Source: Clostridia bacterium
GTDB taxonomy: Bacteria; Bacillota; Clostridia; Oscillospirales; CAG-382
Direction of reading: 5' to 3'
Length of the DNA stretch: 64,000 nt
Assembly: GCA_017563195.1 (NCBI GenBank)
Contig: JAFXDO010000048.1
Coordinates: forward strand, 1,876 to 65,875
Shown here: positions 61,845 through 64,000 of the stretch, one piece after another
How positions within the stretch are numbered: the stretch's first letter is position 1
Layout of the letters: each line of letters opens with the position of its first letter
Translations under genes and position numbers: made by a program
Notes under the pieces: model-generated
What the model saw: the letters and a program-made list of their open reading frames with translations, nothing else
What the model was told of the DNA's origin: nothing
The model's database searches: none

Positions 61845-62534
61845 ATGATAATCGAAGGACTTCAGAAAACCACTCTGCTCGACTACCCCGGCTGCGTCGC
61901 CTGCACGCTGTTTTCGCACGGCTGTAATCTTCGCTGCCCGTTTTGCCACAACGCGGGGCTGGTCATACGTAAGCCCGAAAACGTAATAGATATTGAAGAA
62001 ATAAGCGCATTCCTTCAAAAAAGGAAGGGCATCCTCGACGGCGTCTGCCTTACGGGCGGTGAGCCGCTTTTACAAAAGGACGCGTTGGAGTTCATCCGGT
62101 TTCTGAAGAGCTTCGGCTACAAAATAAAGCTCGACACCAACGGCTTTTATCCGGATAAGCTCAAGTCGGCGATCGACGAGGGGCTGCTCGACTATATCGC
62201 TATGGACATAAAATCGAGCAAGGAGGGCTACGGCAGGACGGTAGGTATACCGGATATAGACATCTCCCCCGCCGAGGAAAGCGTGAAGCTTATTATGAGC
62301 TCGGGCGTCGATTACGAATTCCGCACAACGGCAGTCAAGGGACTGCATCTTGTGTCCGATTTCGAAAAAATAGGCGAATGGATCGCGGGTGCGAAGCGTT
62401 ATTTCATACAGCAATTCATCGACTCGGGTGACATAATATCGGAGGGGCTTTCGGCGTTTTCAAGGGAGGAAACACAAAAACTCCTTGCGGCAGTAAGCGA
62501 AAGAGTTCCCTCGGCTCAGATACGCGGCTTATAG
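61845..62534 (+). CDS. nrdG: Anaerobic ribonucleoside-triphosphate reductase activating protein (radical SAM)
   Basis: GAGGTGAG RBS before ATG 61845. MIIEGLQKTTLLDYPGCVACTLFSHGCNLRCPFCHN (CxxxCxxC with the NrdG-type upstream context). The long track ORF from 61476 is an upstream extension overlapping the previous gene. Confidence 0.9.
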   Translation: MIIEGLQKTTLLDYPGCVACTLFSHGCNLRCPFCHNAGLVIRKPENVIDIEEISAFLQKRKGILDGVCLTGGEPLLQKDALEFIRFLKSFGYKIKLDTNGFYPDKLKSAIDEGLLDYIAMDIKSSKEGYGRTVGIPDIDISPAEESVKLIMSSGVDYEFRTTAVKGLHLVSDFEKIGEWIAGAKRYFIQQFIDSGDIISEGLSAFSREETQKLLAAVSERVPSAQIRGL

Positions 62535-62559
62535 GTGCGTGGGAAAAATAACCAAATTC

Positions 62560-62608
62560 AACACAAGATATTGTGCAAAGTTACAAAACCACAATATCTT
62601 GTGTTTTT
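62560..62608 (+). terminator. nrdG terminator hairpin whose two arms each match an NrdR box
   Basis: aacacaagatattgtg ... cacaatatcttgtgtt, followed by a T-run. Each arm matches the NrdR-box consensus acaCwAtATaTwGtgt at 14 of 16 positions by my count. Confidence 0.6.
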
Positions 62609-62611
62609 CTA

Positions 62612-62640
62612 TTGACAACCGCGCTATATTATGTTATCCT
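62612..62640 (+). promoter_or_regulatory. Candidate promoter of nrdD
   Basis: TTGACA, 17 nt, then TGtTATCCT (weak -10 with a TG extension), immediately downstream of the NrdR-box pair. It would leave a 5' leader of about 150 nt. Confidence 0.45.
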
Positions 62641-62788
62641 CTATCTTGCCGACCGACGCGTAGCGTTTGGCAAAAAGTGCTCGGTTACGGCTGAATAAGC
62701 CTCGCAAACGACCTCTTTTCGGGCATAATAACCCAAAGGAGTTTAAATAGAGTAATAAAAAATTTAACTTATAGAAAGGTAACAGATC

Positions 62789-64000
62789 ATGTATCAGGTT
62801 GTAAAAAGGAACGGCCAGACAGCCGAATTCGACATCAAAAAAATCACGCAGGCATTGCAGAAGGCATTCGAGGCTTGCGACAGACCCACCCATCCCAGCG
62901 TAATCGATTTCCTCGCACTCAAAGTTACCTCCGATTTCGAATCCAAGATCAAGGACGGACTCATAGCGGTTGAAGACATTCAGGACTCTGCGGAAAGCGT
63001 GCTTTCCCAGGCAGGATATTCCGACGTTGCAAAGGCGTACATTCTTTACCGCCGTCAGCGCGAAAAGCTTCGTAACATGAAGTCCACCATGCTCGACTAC
63101 AAGGCATTGGTCGACAAGTACGTCAAGAACGTTGACTGGCGCGTTAAGGAAAACTCCACCGTTACCTATTCGGTCGGCGGTCTTATCCTCTCCAACTCGG
63201 GCTCCATCACCGCTAACTACTGGCTTTCGGAGATCTACGATGACGAGATCGCAAACGCACACCGCAACTGCGATATCCACATCCACGACCTCTCGATGCT
63301 CACCGGCTACTGCGCAGGCTGGTCGCTTAAGCAGCTCATTCAGGAGGGCTTGGGCGGCGTTCCCGGCAAGATCACCTCTTCCCCCGCAAGCCACCTCGCT
63401 ACCCTCTGCAACCAGATGGTAAACTTCCTCGGCATCATGCAGAACGAATGGGCGGGCGCTCAGGCGTTCTCCTCCTTCGATACCTACCTTGCTCCCTTCG
63501 TAAAGGTTGACAACCTCAACTACGATCAGGTCAAGAAATGCATCGAATCCTTCATCTACGGCGTTAACACTCCCTCGCGTTGGGGTACTCAGGCGCCCTT
63601 CTCGAACATCACCCTTGACTGGACGGTTCCCAACGACTTGGCAGAGCTCAACTGCATCGTCGGCGGCAAGGAAATGGACTTCAAGTACAAGGACTGCAAG
63701 GCCGAGATGGATATGATAAACAAGGCGTTTATCGAAATTATGATCGAAGGCGACGCAAACGGCAGAGGCTTCCAGTATCCTATCCCCACCTACTCCATCA
63801 CCGCAGATTTCGACTGGTCGGAAACCGAGAACAACAAGCTTCTCTTCGAAATGACCAGCAAGTACGGCACCCCCTACTTCTCCAACTACATCAACTCCGA
63901 TATGGAGCCCTCGGACGTTCGTTCGATGTGCTGCAGACTCCGTCTCGACCTTCGTGAGCTCCGCAAGAAGTCGGGCGGCTTCTTCGGCAGCGGCGAAAGC
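62789..64000 (+). CDS. nrdD: Anaerobic ribonucleoside-triphosphate reductase (class III), N-terminal 404 codons; 3' end outside window
   Basis: It is absent from the ORF track because there is no stop codon in the window. I translated it by hand from ATG 62789 (RBS GAAAGG). It has an ATP-cone (MYQVVKRNGQTAEFDIKKITQAL), then HIHDLSMLTGYCAGWSL, FQYPIPTY, RSMCCRLRLD and GGFFGSGE. The track ORF 62624..63394 (-) is its antisense shadow. Confidence 0.92.
   Translation, partial: MYQVVKRNGQTAEFDIKKITQALQKAFEACDRPTHPSVIDFLALKVTSDFESKIKDGLIAVEDIQDSAESVLSQAGYSDVAKAYILYRRQREKLRNMKSTMLDYKALVDKYVKNVDWRVKENSTVTYSVGGLILSNSGSITANYWLSEIYDDEIANAHRNCDIHIHDLSMLTGYCAGWSLKQLIQEGLGGVPGKITSSPASHLATLCNQMVNFLGIMQNEWAGAQAFSSFDTYLAPFVKVDNLNYDQVKKCIESFIYGVNTPSRWGTQAPFSNITLDWTVPNDLAELNCIVGGKEMDFKYKDCKAEMDMINKAFIEIMIEGDANGRGFQYPIPTYSITADFDWSETENNKLLFEMTSKYGTPYFSNYINSDMEPSDVRSMCCRLRLDLRELRKKSGGFFGSGES

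Noticed and set aside
62641-62788. A cobalamin (B12) riboswitch or other known riboswitch in the nrdD leader.
   Set aside because: I could find no B12 box-like core (conserved GCCACUG-type element) and no other riboswitch signature I recognise. Only generic hairpin potential is present.
1-64000. Mobile genetic elements, prophage, integrative elements, rRNA/tRNA genes or CRISPR-Cas anywhere in the window.
   Set aside because: None of the ORF translations shows transposase, integrase, recombinase, phage structural or Cas motifs. Intergenic regions are short and are accounted for by promoters and terminators. A tRNAscan/Infernal run would be needed to exclude small RNAs formally.

Overview
This is a 64-kb chromosomal segment with GC in the mid-50s % by eye. 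It looks like a Gram-positive anaerobe, probably Clostridia (Oscillospiraceae/Ruminococcaceae-like). That guess rests on sigma-A-type promoters, GGAGG ribosome-binding sites, many lipoproteins, SipW/TasA-type genes, a cohesin/dockerin-like protein and nrdDG. I count about 62 protein-coding genes. I saw no rRNA, tRNA, CRISPR array, transposase or integrase.

The housekeeping core is polA, rsmI, a B12-binding radical SAM gene, galK-like and PfkB sugar kinases, thiamine diphosphokinase, a dGTPase-like HD protein, and nrdG-nrdD. nrdD runs off the 3' edge, so it is missing from the supplied ORF track. Envelope and accessory content includes:
- a dTDP-rhamnose operon (rfbABCD), with GT2, GT61-like and acetyltransferase genes of visibly lower GC;
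- three large orphan solute-binding lipoproteins;
- several unknown lipoproteins;
- a sigma70-TM-LRR fusion;
- an HTH / zinc-ribbon-TM-LRR / Ser-Thr kinase operon.

The most interesting region is 25.9-34.6 kb on the minus strand. It is one operon led by a SipW-type signal peptidase. Six divergent TasA/camelysin-like proteins with SipW-cognate signal peptides follow, two of them fused to parallel beta-helix domains. The operon ends with a pilin-isopeptide-repeat protein that has a C-terminal membrane anchor. No sortase is present in the window. Four intercistronic gaps in this operon carry the same two-hairpin element, with compensatory base changes between copies.

Many long ORFs in the track are antisense shadows of real genes, as expected in GC-rich DNA, and I rejected them. 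All family assignments come from reading motifs by eye. No database search was run.
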